A stretch of 64,000 nucleotides of DNA from a virus (taxonomy: Duplodnaviria; Heunggongvirae; Uroviricota; Caudoviricetes), in IMG/VR virus record IMGVR_UViG_3300031998_000001, positions 173,064 to 237,063 of that record. The stretch is one strand, 5' to 3'. Shown here piece by piece: positions 11,059 to 21,829 of the stretch. Under the pieces are notes generated by a model, which was given only the letters and a program-made list of their open reading frames with translations, was not told where the DNA came from and did no database searches. Numbering within the stretch: the first letter of the stretch is position 1; every line of letters starts with the position of its first letter. The position numbers and the translations under genes were made by a program.

Positions 11059-13250
11059 AAGGAAAGGGAGCAACTATGCCTACGATATTCGGGATAATAT
11101 TCGTTATGCTTCTCTTCAACCTGATACTCGGCTGGCTCATAGCAAGCGTAATCAGAAAGTTGAGAAGCGGGATTGTACGGCTTCTGCTGTACTGCGGTGC
11201 TATATTCACGCTCATAGTCGGTGACTATGCGCTCATTTCGTTTTTAGTAAATGCTTTGAGATGATAAGGATTGAAGATTTGAGGATTTGCCAGACCGTTA
11301 TGTACAACGGCGTGAAGTGCAGGGTGTACTCCATTATGGGTGCTCGCCCAGACAAGAATGAGAGATATGACGACAAGCCGACCGTCGAACTCTTTGACGG
11401 GGCGGGGCTAATCACCGCGCTCGAAGAGGAAATATTCCCGTGCGAAGTGGCGGAGGAGGCGACGGAGCGCAAGGCTGTGTACTCCAACGAGGACAGGAAC
11501 GACTACTACCAGAAGTGCCTTGACGAGTACGAAAGGGAGAACAGGGTGCTTATGGCACTTGTAAAGCGCGAACATCCCCGTTTGGACGAAGTGTCCAGCG
11601 AGGACTACAAGTGGCGGTATATGAACGGGGTGGACAAGGTGTTCTACGATATGATACAGTGGTTCATAAACAACCGTCAGGTCATAGGCTGTACGGGAAG
11701 GGGCTTCGCCAATTATGCCTACGATAAGGTAATGCGCCCGTACATTATAGTCAATACATATAGTGATGCGGAGATGTGCTGCGCCGACTGCGCCTTTTCC
11801 GAAGTCAACGAGCAGGGCGTGACGCTGTGCAACCCGCTGGTGTATCTCTTTGACGGCGAACATAGATTTACAGTAAGCCCGTCCGCGCATTGCAGGGCGT
11901 TTGAACACAAGTGCAAGGAATAGGAGGAAGCGATATGGCATTTCACGGAGTAACGGGCAACGCGCCGAAAGACCTTAACATAAAGGAGAAGTACGAGAAA
12001 CTCGTGCCGTACAAGTCGGAGCGCGAGATATTCAACAGCCTCGAATCGCTCAACCCGGGCGATACGCTTGAACACTGGCAATGGCAGGACATAATAATGG
12101 CGTGCCGAATAATTGCCGAGAAGAACAAGTGGTTCGGGGACAAAAGCAGGTTTACGGACGGGAAGCATATAAAGGCGGAAGGCGACAAGCCCTACGGTTC
12201 GGTAAGGAAGATACCGAAGGAAAGGAAAGGCGAATGAGCAGGTGCGGACACAGCCGATATGTCTATAACTCTGGCAAGTATCACCTTGTGTGCAAATTGA
12301 AGAAAAGAGTGTGCAAAGACAACGGCTGTTCAGATTATGTTTCAAATAATACAACAGGATATGAGAAAGAGGATAGCAAGGAAAATCGTTAACGGCTGGT
12401 CGAAGCCGAGATACAAAAAGATTAACCCGATATTGAGGGTTTGGAGGGATGTGCTCACCGACAAGATGGGCTTGCAGAAGATATACTACTGCGACATTCC
12501 GATTTACCGCAGGTGGACGGCAAGGCAACTTGCACGGGCGGAACGCAGGCTCGGAATAAAGAACGAACCGCTCCTGCCGTTGAAGTTGGAGAGTATGCCA
12601 GTGGAGATTGATATGAAGTTAAAGACGATAAGCGTTTAGATATGAAGTTCAAGGAAATTATGGAGAAGGCGAACAGGGGCGAGGAAGTCCCCTACAAGTT
12701 CGTGCATATGCTCGGCGGGACTGTCGAAGGAATCGGCAAGGTGTATGGTATTATATGTTCGGGCAACGACTGGAAGTGTGTTGTCCACTACAACGGGAAG
12801 GATTATGCCCCCAGCAAGTTCTCGTTCGACGAGGTGCTGGTGATAACGAACCCGGTGTTCGCGATAGCGATGCTTTTCTACTTCAAGGACTGGGAGGCGT
12901 TCTACGCGAAGAACCCCACGCCGTTCAAGTATTCGACCGACATACCCGAAGGGGCGATAATCGTGGTCACGACCGAAACCAGATGGAACAACGCCACTTT
13001 GGAAATGGACGGGAAGGACATAGACGAAATCTGGAATATGGCATCCGACGACAGGTCAAGGTCGGGGCATCTGATTGAAGTTAAGTGTATGAACGACAAG
13101 AAGCAGGAGGGTTATGTGGCGTACTCGCTCATAAGGGGCGTTGTTGACGGAGACCTCCGCGTCCATATAGAGCATATGCAACACATATTATGAGGGAAAT
13201 TCAAGAGGAATGTAACTTTGTATTTTTATTCATATACTATTTTCTATTTG

Positions 13251-13283
13251 AAGTGCGAGTTCGGCAAGGCTCGCACTTTTTTC
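13251..13283 (+). terminator. intrinsic terminator abutting the next promoter
   Basis: aagtgcgag / ctcgcactt stem, T-run continuing into CTGAAA. Confidence 0.75.
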
Positions 13284-13311
13284 TGAAATTATTATTTATT
13301 AACTATATATT
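13283..13311 (+). promoter_or_regulatory. CTGAAA-N17-TATATT promoter (copy 4)
   Basis: Strict motif upstream of 13345. Confidence 0.8.
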
Positions 13312-13344
13312 AGTATCGGAAAGGAAACATAAAAACTTAAAGAT

Positions 13345-14172
13345 ATGGAAATGAAACGATACTACATCCACACTGCGCTGTACGAAACCGATGTGTTCGA
13401 GTACCCAGACGACAAGACCGCTTGGAACGACTTGCGCAAGGCATTGCCCCACAAGTTCGGAACACTGTTCAGGGAAGAACCTGTTGTCGTAAAGATAAAC
13501 AACGCCGAAGAATACATACGCACATACAACGCGAAGTGCCCCAAGTATGACAACTCGAAGCCTTTCGACTTCACATACTTCCGCCCCGTTATGTTCGGGA
13601 TAACCGACGACGAGTACAACCCGTCAACGAAGGAGGAGTATGACGAAACGATGAAGATGTACGACAACAACGAGGACAACCACGCCCTTGCAATGATGTT
13701 ACGGGACAGCCTCCCGTACGGGCTGAAATGCAAGGTGACGATAGGCGACCTGACCGTCATCGAGACGCTTGATGCCGTCCGCATCGACGAGAAGCACAAC
13801 CCTGCGGTAGGACACAGGTACTTCCACACGACTGGCGAGGACGGTGTTGGCACTTGGAGCGGGTTCGGGATAAGACCGTACCTGCGGGGGATGGACACCC
13901 TCACCGACGAGGAGCGCGAGGAGTTGTATCAAAACAACAACGGCGACGCATCGTGCGAATGGTTTGCGAAAAAGCACATCGACTGGTGCAACCTCATCGG
14001 AAAGGGCTTGGCTCTGCCCGCCCCAGAGGGAATGTACGGCGAGCCAGACACCAAGGACGCGGACTGGAGGTATTATCCAAAGGACAGGTTCTCGTCCTAT
14101 GAGGAATACGCACGCTACCTTAAATGCGAAGGTCTGGCGGCGGATGCACCCGAAGGAAAGTGTAACAATTAA
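13345..14172 (+). CDS. LPYG/PYLR/HFDYRG family protein with N-terminal extension
   Basis: DSLPYGLKCKV...IRPYLRGMDTLTDEE...KHIDWCNLIGKGLALPAPEGMY. Confidence 0.75.
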   Translation: MEMKRYYIHTALYETDVFEYPDDKTAWNDLRKALPHKFGTLFREEPVVVKINNAEEYIRTYNAKCPKYDNSKPFDFTYFRPVMFGITDDEYNPSTKEEYDETMKMYDNNEDNHALAMMLRDSLPYGLKCKVTIGDLTVIETLDAVRIDEKHNPAVGHRYFHTTGEDGVGTWSGFGIRPYLRGMDTLTDEEREELYQNNNGDASCEWFAKKHIDWCNLIGKGLALPAPEGMYGEPDTKDADWRYYPKDRFSSYEEYARYLKCEGLAADAPEGKCNN

Positions 14173-14184
14173 ATCAATAGCGAT

Positions 14185-14397
14185 ATGAGACCAGAAGAAA
14201 AACAACTTTTACTTCAAGACCTATGTGCAAGATTACCCCGTATAGATGCAGGGAACACATTCAATTCCGTGGATAGGCTTACTGCCCGCCACTTCGACTG
14301 CCGTGATTTGATTGGCATTGGAAGCATCGGAAAGCAAGAAGAAAACCAACTTTTGCTCCGAGACCTTTGTGCGAAGTTGCCGTATGGGGTGAAATAA
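14185..14397 (+). pseudogene. collapsed remnant of the LPYG family (blocks A-C-A)
   Basis: DLCARLP...DRLTARHFDCRDLIG...DLCAKLPYGVK-stop; variable regions and block B absent. Confidence 0.65.
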
Positions 14398-14444
14398 TTG
14401 ATTCAAAGAAATATACGATGGACTAACTTTAAATTGCATATTGT

Positions 14445-14879
14445 ATGACCGAAGAAGAAAAACGATTATTATTCCGAGACCTCGTGGCAAGGCTTCCATA
14501 TACGCCTATGGTGAACTTGCGGGGGAAGGCGGGCTATGACAGGAAACTCGTGTCGGTGCATAGGTACACCACGCGGAGTGAGTTCGAGATTGTCGTCAAC
14601 AGCGATGATGACGAGGACTATATGCCCCACAACTTCGAGATTGACATAGTTAAGCCGTACTTGCGGTCAATGTCGAGTATGACGGAGGAAGAAATGCTTG
14701 ACTTCCACGAAAATGGCGGTGCGTTAACTCACTATCTCAAATATGACATTGATTTAGATAGTTTAACAGTTTCTGCGATTGATTGGCTTAACGAACATCA
14801 TTTCGATTATCGTGGACTGATTGGTAAGGGCTTGGCGTTGGAAGCCCCAGACGGAATGTATAACGGCAAAAACGAATAA
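14445..14879 (+). CDS. LPYG/PYLR/HFDYRG family protein
   Basis: DLVARLPY...VKPYLRSMSSMTEEE...DWLNEHHFDYRGLIGKGLALEAPDGMY. Confidence 0.85.
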   Translation: MTEEEKRLLFRDLVARLPYTPMVNLRGKAGYDRKLVSVHRYTTRSEFEIVVNSDDDEDYMPHNFEIDIVKPYLRSMSSMTEEEMLDFHENGGALTHYLKYDIDLDSLTVSAIDWLNEHHFDYRGLIGKGLALEAPDGMYNGKNE

Positions 14880-15224
14880 GATTATGACAAAGGATGAAAT
14901 TGTAAACGAACTACTGTTGCACAGCAAGTCCGACCTGTGCGAGATAATCACAAGGCTTATGGACGACGGTGCAATAGACATAACGGACATAAACGCAAGC
15001 CACATCAAGCACCTCAAAAATATCCTCAAGGAGAAGGAAAGCATCATAGAGGCTGCGGACGAGTGCATATACGAAAGCGTGTTCACCGATTCGATAGGCA
15101 AGCCCGCCGACAATGCTGGGGTGATTAAAAAGATAAGGTGGATGGAGCGCGTGGGCGGTCATAACATTGACGGCATAATGAAGTATTTTAAGGGCAATGT
15201 GGAAACGAAAGGAAAGGGCAAGAA

Positions 15225-15479
15225 ATGAGCGACAAGGACAAGGCTGACCTGCTGGCAAGGGAGGAAACGGGCGTAAGTTTCAGTGTTGCGTATAAGCAGT
15301 TGTATCCGTTTTCGAGCCTGTGTAGCGTGGCGGAGAAAATGGCGGAGTGGAAGCAACAGCAAATGATAGAGAAGGCTGTTAATTGGCTGAAAGAAAATGA
15401 AGCAAGGTATTGGTCTTCGGAATATGACACTCCACGGAGGCTACTTGATGATTTTAAAGAAGCGATGGAGGAGGAATAA
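15225..15479 (+). CDS. small 'KMAEWK' family protein
   Basis: Shares KMAEWK-Q with adjacent 15481. Confidence 0.55.
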   Translation: MSDKDKADLLAREETGVSFSVAYKQLYPFSSLCSVAEKMAEWKQQQMIEKAVNWLKENEARYWSSEYDTPRRLLDDFKEAMEEE

Positions 15480-15480
15480 G

Positions 15481-15735
15481 ATGGACAAGGCGACAAAGGA
15501 AAAGATATTGGAGATGGCGGGTTTGTGCGACGGATGCCTTGAAAAATCTTACGCAGATGACGGATGCTACTCCTGTGAAAATAGAGGAATCTACGATGGT
15601 GCGACGAAAATGGCGGAGTGGAAGGACAAGCAGTTTGAAGAGGAAAGGAAAGAACTTCTCACACTCGTGGAGATGCTCCCAGTTGACGAGAGAAACCAGA
15701 GTATTATTGAGGATTTAATCGGAATGTTACGATGA
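15481..15735 (+). CDS. small 'KMAEWK' family protein
   Basis: Tandem paralog of 15225. Confidence 0.55.
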   Translation: MDKATKEKILEMAGLCDGCLEKSYADDGCYSCENRGIYDGATKMAEWKDKQFEEERKELLTLVEMLPVDERNQSIIEDLIGMLR

Positions 15736-16158
15736 AGAACAAGGGCGAATATCTGCTTGGCAAGACGGACAGCGACTGGCACGCTGGCGGATGGCAGGTC
15801 TATGAAAAGGGAGACGGTGCGTTCCACCACTACGGCGACTTCCTTATCGACAAGGAAAAATTGAAGGTCGAACTGCCGATTGGCGAGGTCGGGCTTGAAT
15901 GGATTGACTTGGAGCAACCGCACAAGCCGACAATGTTCGAGAAGTTCAAGGCGTTGTTCGGTGTCAAGTATCCCGACACGGACTATGTAAGACCAACCCG
16001 AAACGCCATCGTGGTCGTGGACTACGGCGGGCTTATGGAGGTCGCGGATGCAAAGCCGCACACGGACGGCGGCTGCACTTGGGTCACTGAACTCAACACA
16101 TATCTGCGCCCGAAACGCTGGGCGTACATACCGGATGAAATATTTAACAAGTACGGCT

Positions 16159-16563
16159 ATGGACGAGAAAAGAAGAAAGACATTGGTTAGGGAACTTTGC
16201 GCACGGCTTCCGTATGGCGTGCAGGTGCGCACAGCGGTCAAGTACAAGACGCTCGACATCGGACTGCTCGATGCCATAATGGGCGGGCGTGCGACATTCG
16301 ACATACTCCCTCTGCTACGACCTATGGAGAGTATGTCGGATGCGGAGAGGGCGGAATATGACCGCGCCGCCGACAGGGACTTGGACAGGATGGCGGACAA
16401 GGTTGGCAGGAAACTGCAAGGGGATGAAAAACTTGATGAAACGCTCACCCCGTACTATGAGCATATTGACTGGCTTCTTGCCCACCACTTCGATTACAGG
16501 GGCTTGATTGAAATGGGGCTCGCGCTTGAAGCCCCAGAGGGAATGTATAACATTAAAGGATAG
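16159..16563 (+). CDS. LPYG/PYLR/HFDYRG family protein
   Basis: ELCARLPYGV...ILPLLRPMESMSDAE...DWLLAHHFDYRGLIEMGLALEAPEGMY; start at MDEK. Confidence 0.85.
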   Translation: MDEKRRKTLVRELCARLPYGVQVRTAVKYKTLDIGLLDAIMGGRATFDILPLLRPMESMSDAERAEYDRAADRDLDRMADKVGRKLQGDEKLDETLTPYYEHIDWLLAHHFDYRGLIEMGLALEAPEGMYNIKG

Positions 16564-17168
16564 GAATATGGAAAAAGGCTGGATAGGATTTATAGCGGGA
16601 TTTATCGTGGGTGTTATCGCAATGGGGATAACCCTTACAATCATAGAGAGCAAGCAACCGAAACCGATTGATGTGTATCGGGGAAGGACTGCGCTCAAAA
16701 TAACATACGAGGACAGCATACCCGTTGATACGGCTGTGGTGTTCAGACATAATATTTAATTTAAGAATTATGAAAAAGAAAGATATAAGAATAGGAAAGA
16801 AAGTATGGTATTATCCTATTTTAGGATTTGAGGAAAGAGAAGAAGCGGTCATAACAAGTGATATTGTTGAAGGATGCGGTACAACCTGTTGTTTTATAGA
16901 CATCCGTACATCGGTTGTCGCTATCGAAAATCTTAAAGAAAGGAATTAACTATGGCAAAGGAAGTCAGGAAGAACGAACCGAGCATACCCGAACTTATCG
17001 ACAACCTCGGCAACCAGTTCAGGGAGGTCGCAAGGCAGAAGACAAACAAGTATCTGGGCGAGAGAGCCGAATGGAACGAAAAGGAGTGGGACTTGTTCTG
17101 CGCTGGCGTGGTATGCGGGCTTTACGAGGCGGCGGTGTCGCTTGTGCTGAACAATAACGACGGGAAAG

Positions 17169-17774
17169 ATGAATAGGGAGGAACTTGGAATACTGGCGAG
17201 GGACTTGTTCGCCCGCATACCCTTCGGGGTGATGTGCAGGGAAAGTGACGCAGAGCCAGCCGTGTACGGCAGGGTGTACGACTACAGCATATATTCGGCG
17301 ACCATAACATACGGGGACACCGACCATACCAAGCACCTGCCCGTTAACGAGTGGCTTGCTGGAGGCGGAAGGATATGCCTCCGCCCGATTGCCGATATGA
17401 CTTCGGACGAGTTGGAGTTCCTCGTGGACAACTATGTGTTCGAGAGGGGATATGCCATTGGGGACGGCAAGGATATGTTTGATGTCGGGGAGATAGAACT
17501 TCGTGATATGGCGAGGATTATCGACTTCTTTGATTCCCGACACATTGACTACCGAAACCTCATCGGCAGGGGCTTGGCGATACCCGCCCCAGAGGGGATG
17601 TACGAACTCCCTCCGCTGTGGTGCGTGTGCGAGTGTCCGAACCAGCCGAACGGGATGTCGGTAGAACCGCTTGAAGGCTTCTATGCGACGCACGGGGAAG
17701 TCTATACGAAAGGCACGAAGGCGGAGTGCAGGGAGTGGCTTGACAATTACAGGAAAACACATAAAAGAAAATAA
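17169..17774 (+). CDS. LPYG/PYLR/HFDYRG family protein with C-terminal extension
   Basis: DLFARIPFGV...ICLRPIADMTSDE...HIDYRNLIGRGLAIPAPEGMY plus about 55 aa. Confidence 0.8.
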   Translation: MNREELGILARDLFARIPFGVMCRESDAEPAVYGRVYDYSIYSATITYGDTDHTKHLPVNEWLAGGGRICLRPIADMTSDELEFLVDNYVFERGYAIGDGKDMFDVGEIELRDMARIIDFFDSRHIDYRNLIGRGLAIPAPEGMYELPPLWCVCECPNQPNGMSVEPLEGFYATHGEVYTKGTKAECREWLDNYRKTHKRK

Positions 17775-18528
17775 CGATATGGAAAAGACTGATATAGGTT
17801 TCAGAGTGACCGCAGACAAACTCTGCGTGGGCGACATCTGCTATGTCGTGGGCGACGAGGGCATAAGGACGGTTACGGTAAAGAGGATACAGACATACGA
17901 CAACGGCAAGGAATACACAATCACATACAATGACGGGTGTGTGGGAAGCGCAAGACCGAATGACAGGGAAACGGGCTACGGGATGTATGCCGCCCGCGTG
18001 TACTTCAACCTTGACGATGCGGTATGCTCGGCGGAGGACGAAATCGAGAGAAGAAGGAAGATGCTCGACAAGTTCAAGTCGGATATGCGCAAGTACGACT
18101 TCATCAACCTCGAAGCGAGGGCGAAGTACGGGGACGATGCGAAGAACTCCGAGAAGAAGGAGGGCTTCATCGCGGGCGCACTGCGTATGCGCGAAATCCT
18201 TATGAAGCGCACGCACGACTGGATATTCTCCTACATATCCGAGCGTTCTGACGATGATAACAGATGCTTGGCTGAACTTTATAATGATTACGATAGGTTC
18301 ATAAGCGAAAGGGAGAAGGCGGACTACGATATTGCCACAGGTAAAATCAAGTAGCGTATGAGAAAGTTGAATGTCGAGGTACGGCTCGGTGTCAGACCGA
18401 ATATGAAAGGAAAGGACTTCTGGTCGCTCTCGGAGGAGGAGCGCATAAGGCTCATAGCGAACTCGCTTCGGGGGCGGACGATGAGGATAAGCGATTTCGA
18501 GATAATGGACTATTATTAGGAAAGGGAT

Positions 18529-18644
18529 ATGGCAAAAAAAACGATGACTTTATGAAGCAGACATATTCTTGCCGACAGCATTCGCTGTGCGGGGGCAGGC
18601 TTGCAGTCGAGCACTACTGGGGCAAACAAGAGCGAATGATATAA
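18529..18644 (+). pseudogene. frameshifted truncated copy of the 5' end of gene 19045
   Basis: With an A8 run corrected to A9 it reads MAKKNDDFMKQTYSCRQHSLC versus MIKDDEFMKQTYACRQHRLC at 19045. Confidence 0.65.
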
Positions 18645-18647
18645 ATA
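18640..18647 (+). promoter_or_regulatory. T4-type late promoter TATAAATA followed by (TATAA)n
   Basis: Exact octamer 36 nt upstream of ATG 18676. Confidence 0.7.
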
Positions 18648-18675
18648 TAATATAATATAATATAATTTAACTGAT

Positions 18676-19041
18676 ATGACACACATAAAGAAAATAAACG
18701 AAATGATGCACAAGGATTTCAGCGAAGTTCGTTCGCTTCTGGACGGAGATGATTTTTCGGTTATTGTCGTCGAAGCCAAGGGAAACACCACATATAAGGC
18801 TGGCGACATTATTGAAACGGTTTATGAATTTGTTTACGACTGCAAGGAAATGACTGAAACCTGCAACGGCACTGCCGAAATTTCTGGTGATGACGATTTG
18901 GCTTATAATATGTGTATAACCGACGAAAACGATAATGTGTACGCAAGCATTATGTTCAGGCTTGTGTTCTTTGACCCAGAATCCGTAGCAACGATTCAGG
19001 ATTTTTACGATAGCGTGGAGTCGGACGATAATCCGTTTTAG
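18676..19041 (+). CDS. HIKRINE-tagged acidic protein (candidate internal virion protein)
   Basis: Starts MTHIKKINEM; late promoter upstream. Confidence 0.65.
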   Translation: MTHIKKINEMMHKDFSEVRSLLDGDDFSVIVVEAKGNTTYKAGDIIETVYEFVYDCKEMTETCNGTAEISGDDDLAYNMCITDENDNVYASIMFRLVFFDPESVATIQDFYDSVESDDNPF

Positions 19042-19044
19042 GCG

Positions 19045-19275
19045 ATGATAAAGGACGATGAATTTATGAAGCAGACATACGCCTGCCGACAGCACAGGCT
19101 TTGCAAGGGCTGGGTCGTGGTCGAATACTATCTGGACAGGGAGGATGTGAACATACTTCCGAAAGTTGGCTTGGAATACAGGGGGAACAAGTGGCGCAGG
19201 GGCATAGCCCTGACGCTCGACTTCCTCAATGTCGGCGCGAGCGTGTGCATAATGCTACGGAGGAAAGGCAAGTGA
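19045..19275 (+). CDS. hypothetical protein
   Basis: Intact counterpart of remnant 18529. Confidence 0.55.
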   Translation: MIKDDEFMKQTYACRQHRLCKGWVVVEYYLDREDVNILPKVGLEYRGNKWRRGIALTLDFLNVGASVCIMLRRKGK

Positions 19276-19843
19276 ACCCGCTTGTCGAGGACTACCTGAA
19301 GGCAAGGCGCGGGGGCGGTGGGGAAATCCCGCCTTCTCCGCTTGAACGGCTCGGCTATGAACGGGACGCAAGCAAGTTGTGTACAAGCACGACCAGAGCG
19401 GAAGTGTTTGTTAGGTATGATATGCTGGAAAACAAATTTATAAGTTACTTTATATGAAGATAATAGTCAGGCATTTTGACGAGAAGGGCTACGAGAGGGA
19501 CTTGCGCGAGGCGAAATTGAGCCTGTATGGAAAGCGGTTCAACACGGACGGGCGCAAGGTGTTGGAAACATACGGGGAACTCGTATTCCCTATGCTGTCC
19601 CGCCCAGACTGCACGACACCGCCAGACGAGCGGGCGGACGCGGAATGGAGGAAGATAGAGGAGGACGCTATGACGCTTGTGGAGCAGGACAACTACATAA
19701 CGGATGTCGAATATGACTATCTCGGCACGGCTCTCGACAAGGACGGGAGCATAACGCTCATAGGCGTAAGCGAGGATGGAACGCTCGAAAAGATAAGGTA
19801 CGACAAGGACGACAGGAGCGTGCATATACGGATTGTCAAATAA

Positions 19844-19914
19844 TTTTCTGAAATTATAATAAATAGCCTATATATTAGTGTCGGAAGGAAACATTAGGAC
19901 TTAAAGATATGGAC
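19844..19914 (+). repeat. 71-bp perfect direct repeat containing promoter copy 5 (19848-19876) and start codon
   Basis: Identical to 49208-49278. Confidence 0.9.
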
Positions 19915-20658
19915 AAGGTAAAGGTAAGTGAAGATGTAAAGAGACTTGACGACAAGATAGCCGCCAACTCGTTCTACAGTGCCCAAGCACAGGACACATT
20001 TTATATTGACAGCAATATATTTGAAAAGCAAAAGCCAACACTTGAACCCACCGACCTTATGATAGGTGATATGGTGGAGCACGATGGCAAGGTAATGAAA
20101 GTAATCGGCATCACCCCCAGTGGCGAAAGTAAAGGCTGGAAGATAGGGCTGGAATACAAGCACAACGCTTGCATTGCTGACATATCGGAGATACACCCAG
20201 TTGAACTCACAGATGGGATACTCAAGCAAATTGCGCAGTGGGACGACGACAACAACCGCTATCTCATCGGAGGATTGTGGGAGATAAGGATTGTAAACAA
20301 CCGAATAGTTCACGATACAATATTCCTCCCGACGCTCGGCTCGCTCCAGCACCTGATGAGATTGTACGGAGTGGAAATCAACTTTAATGAAAAATAACGG
20401 TTATGGAGAAGTTCATAGAAATCAAGAACACGGTGTTCTACAAGAACGGGGTTGCGGAAAGCAACAGGGAAATTAACTGCTGCATCAACGCGGGGTTCAT
20501 AATGACATACCACCACCTTGCCGACAGGTTCACGGACGAGTGGGTGCTTTATCTTGCGGACGGTCGCACCGCCCACACCAAGACGGATGTGGACAAACTG
20601 TTGAGATGTGAAACCAAGACAGCCTTGAACGAATAGGATTGGCATAACACGAATAACT

Positions 20659-21117
20659 ATGGCACACATCAAGAGAGTAAACGAAATGGCGCACAAGAGC
20701 AGGCGCAGGCTCACATACGAGGCGAACAAGACCGCGAAGTGCGGGGAAACGATATTGTGCCCCGTATGCGGAAAGGAGTTCGTGAAGAGGCAGTATTCGC
20801 AGGCGTTCTGCTGCGGCAAGTGCAAGGACGCTTTCTGGAACGCCCGTGGCGACAGGCATTCCGACCCGAACTACCACGCCAAGTACAATATGGAGCATCC
20901 CGAAAGATATGCGGGGCTTATCGGTCTTGGCGTAACAAGGGACGAAAGGGAATACTACGAGGCTATGCACGCATACGCCACCGACCCAGACTTCCGCGAA
21001 TGGCTGCGGCAGTCGGCGGACAACTTTGATGTTGACTGGGATTCCCACTGCGCAAGGAACACCATCGGGCAGGAATACCAGAACTATCTTGATGACAGAC
21101 TTAAATCGGACTTTTAG
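20659..21117 (+). CDS. HIKRINE-tagged Zn-finger protein
   Basis: Starts MAHIKRVNEMA; CPVC...CCGKC. Confidence 0.6.
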   Translation: MAHIKRVNEMAHKSRRRLTYEANKTAKCGETILCPVCGKEFVKRQYSQAFCCGKCKDAFWNARGDRHSDPNYHAKYNMEHPERYAGLIGLGVTRDEREYYEAMHAYATDPDFREWLRQSADNFDVDWDSHCARNTIGQEYQNYLDDRLKSDF

Positions 21118-21143
21118 GAACAACAACCAAAAAACATATAGCA

Positions 21144-21653
21144 ATGAAAGCAACGACACTGGAACAGGCGAGGGAACTCGTAGAGGCTGGCTTGGATGCC
21201 AAGACCGCCGATATGTCCTATCTCTCGGAGAAGTTCCCCAAGACACCGAACACCGTAGGCTATACGGATATGGTCAAGTTTATGGAGAGAAAAAGAATCA
21301 ACCACTTCAACGAAACTGGCGTTGACGCTGGCGAGATAGCCATAGCACCCTGCTGGACTGCGGAGGCACTGCTCGAAACGATACCACAGAGGATTGCGCA
21401 CGGACGCTGGGGCACTGGTGCTCCGAAGTGGCTCAACTTCACTATGGAGAAGCGCGAGGACGGAAAGTGGAGTATGGAATACCGCAACGAAACGCTCGGC
21501 ACTGTCGCCACCGCTGCGCTCGAAGAACTCGTGGCGCACGGGGACACCCTCACCGAGTGCTGCGTTGGCTTTATAGTTATGTTGTACCGAACAAAAGTAT
21601 TGGGGTGCCAGCAGTTCAATGAAATTCTAACAAAACCTACGAACAACTGCTAA
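21144..21653 (+). CDS. 'TTxEQ...TADM...PCW' family protein
   Basis: Paralog of 31158 and 54130. Confidence 0.65.
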   Translation: MKATTLEQARELVEAGLDAKTADMSYLSEKFPKTPNTVGYTDMVKFMERKRINHFNETGVDAGEIAIAPCWTAEALLETIPQRIAHGRWGTGAPKWLNFTMEKREDGKWSMEYRNETLGTVATAALEELVAHGDTLTECCVGFIVMLYRTKVLGCQQFNEILTKPTNNC

Positions 21654-21719
21654 AACTTGACAACGCATATTGCCGTATGGACAACGCAAAACATAAAAAT
21701 ATAAATAATATGTGGACGC

Positions 21720-21820
21720 AAGTGCAGATGTGTCCGAAAGCAATTATAAAGACATTTGGAGGATTCCATCCGCAAAGGCTCTCTGCACTTTATGCCGAGC
21801 GGACAGTCCTCCGCTTTTTA
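21720..21820 (+). ncRNA. structured 5' leader RNA with terminator-like hairpin (unassigned)
   Basis: 9-bp stem aagtgcaga/tctgcactt, inner gtgtc/gacat stem, agcgga/tccgct hairpin plus U-tract, alternative pairings. Confidence 0.5.
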
Positions 21821-21829
21821 TTGGACGAA

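Noticed and set aside
21720-21820. Known ribozyme or riboswitch class (HDV/theta, hammerhead, twister, SAM-I, SAH, c-di-GMP, TPP)
   Set aside because: Required conserved cores or helix order do not fit, for example no P1.1 GG after P1 and no CUGAUGA; left unassigned.
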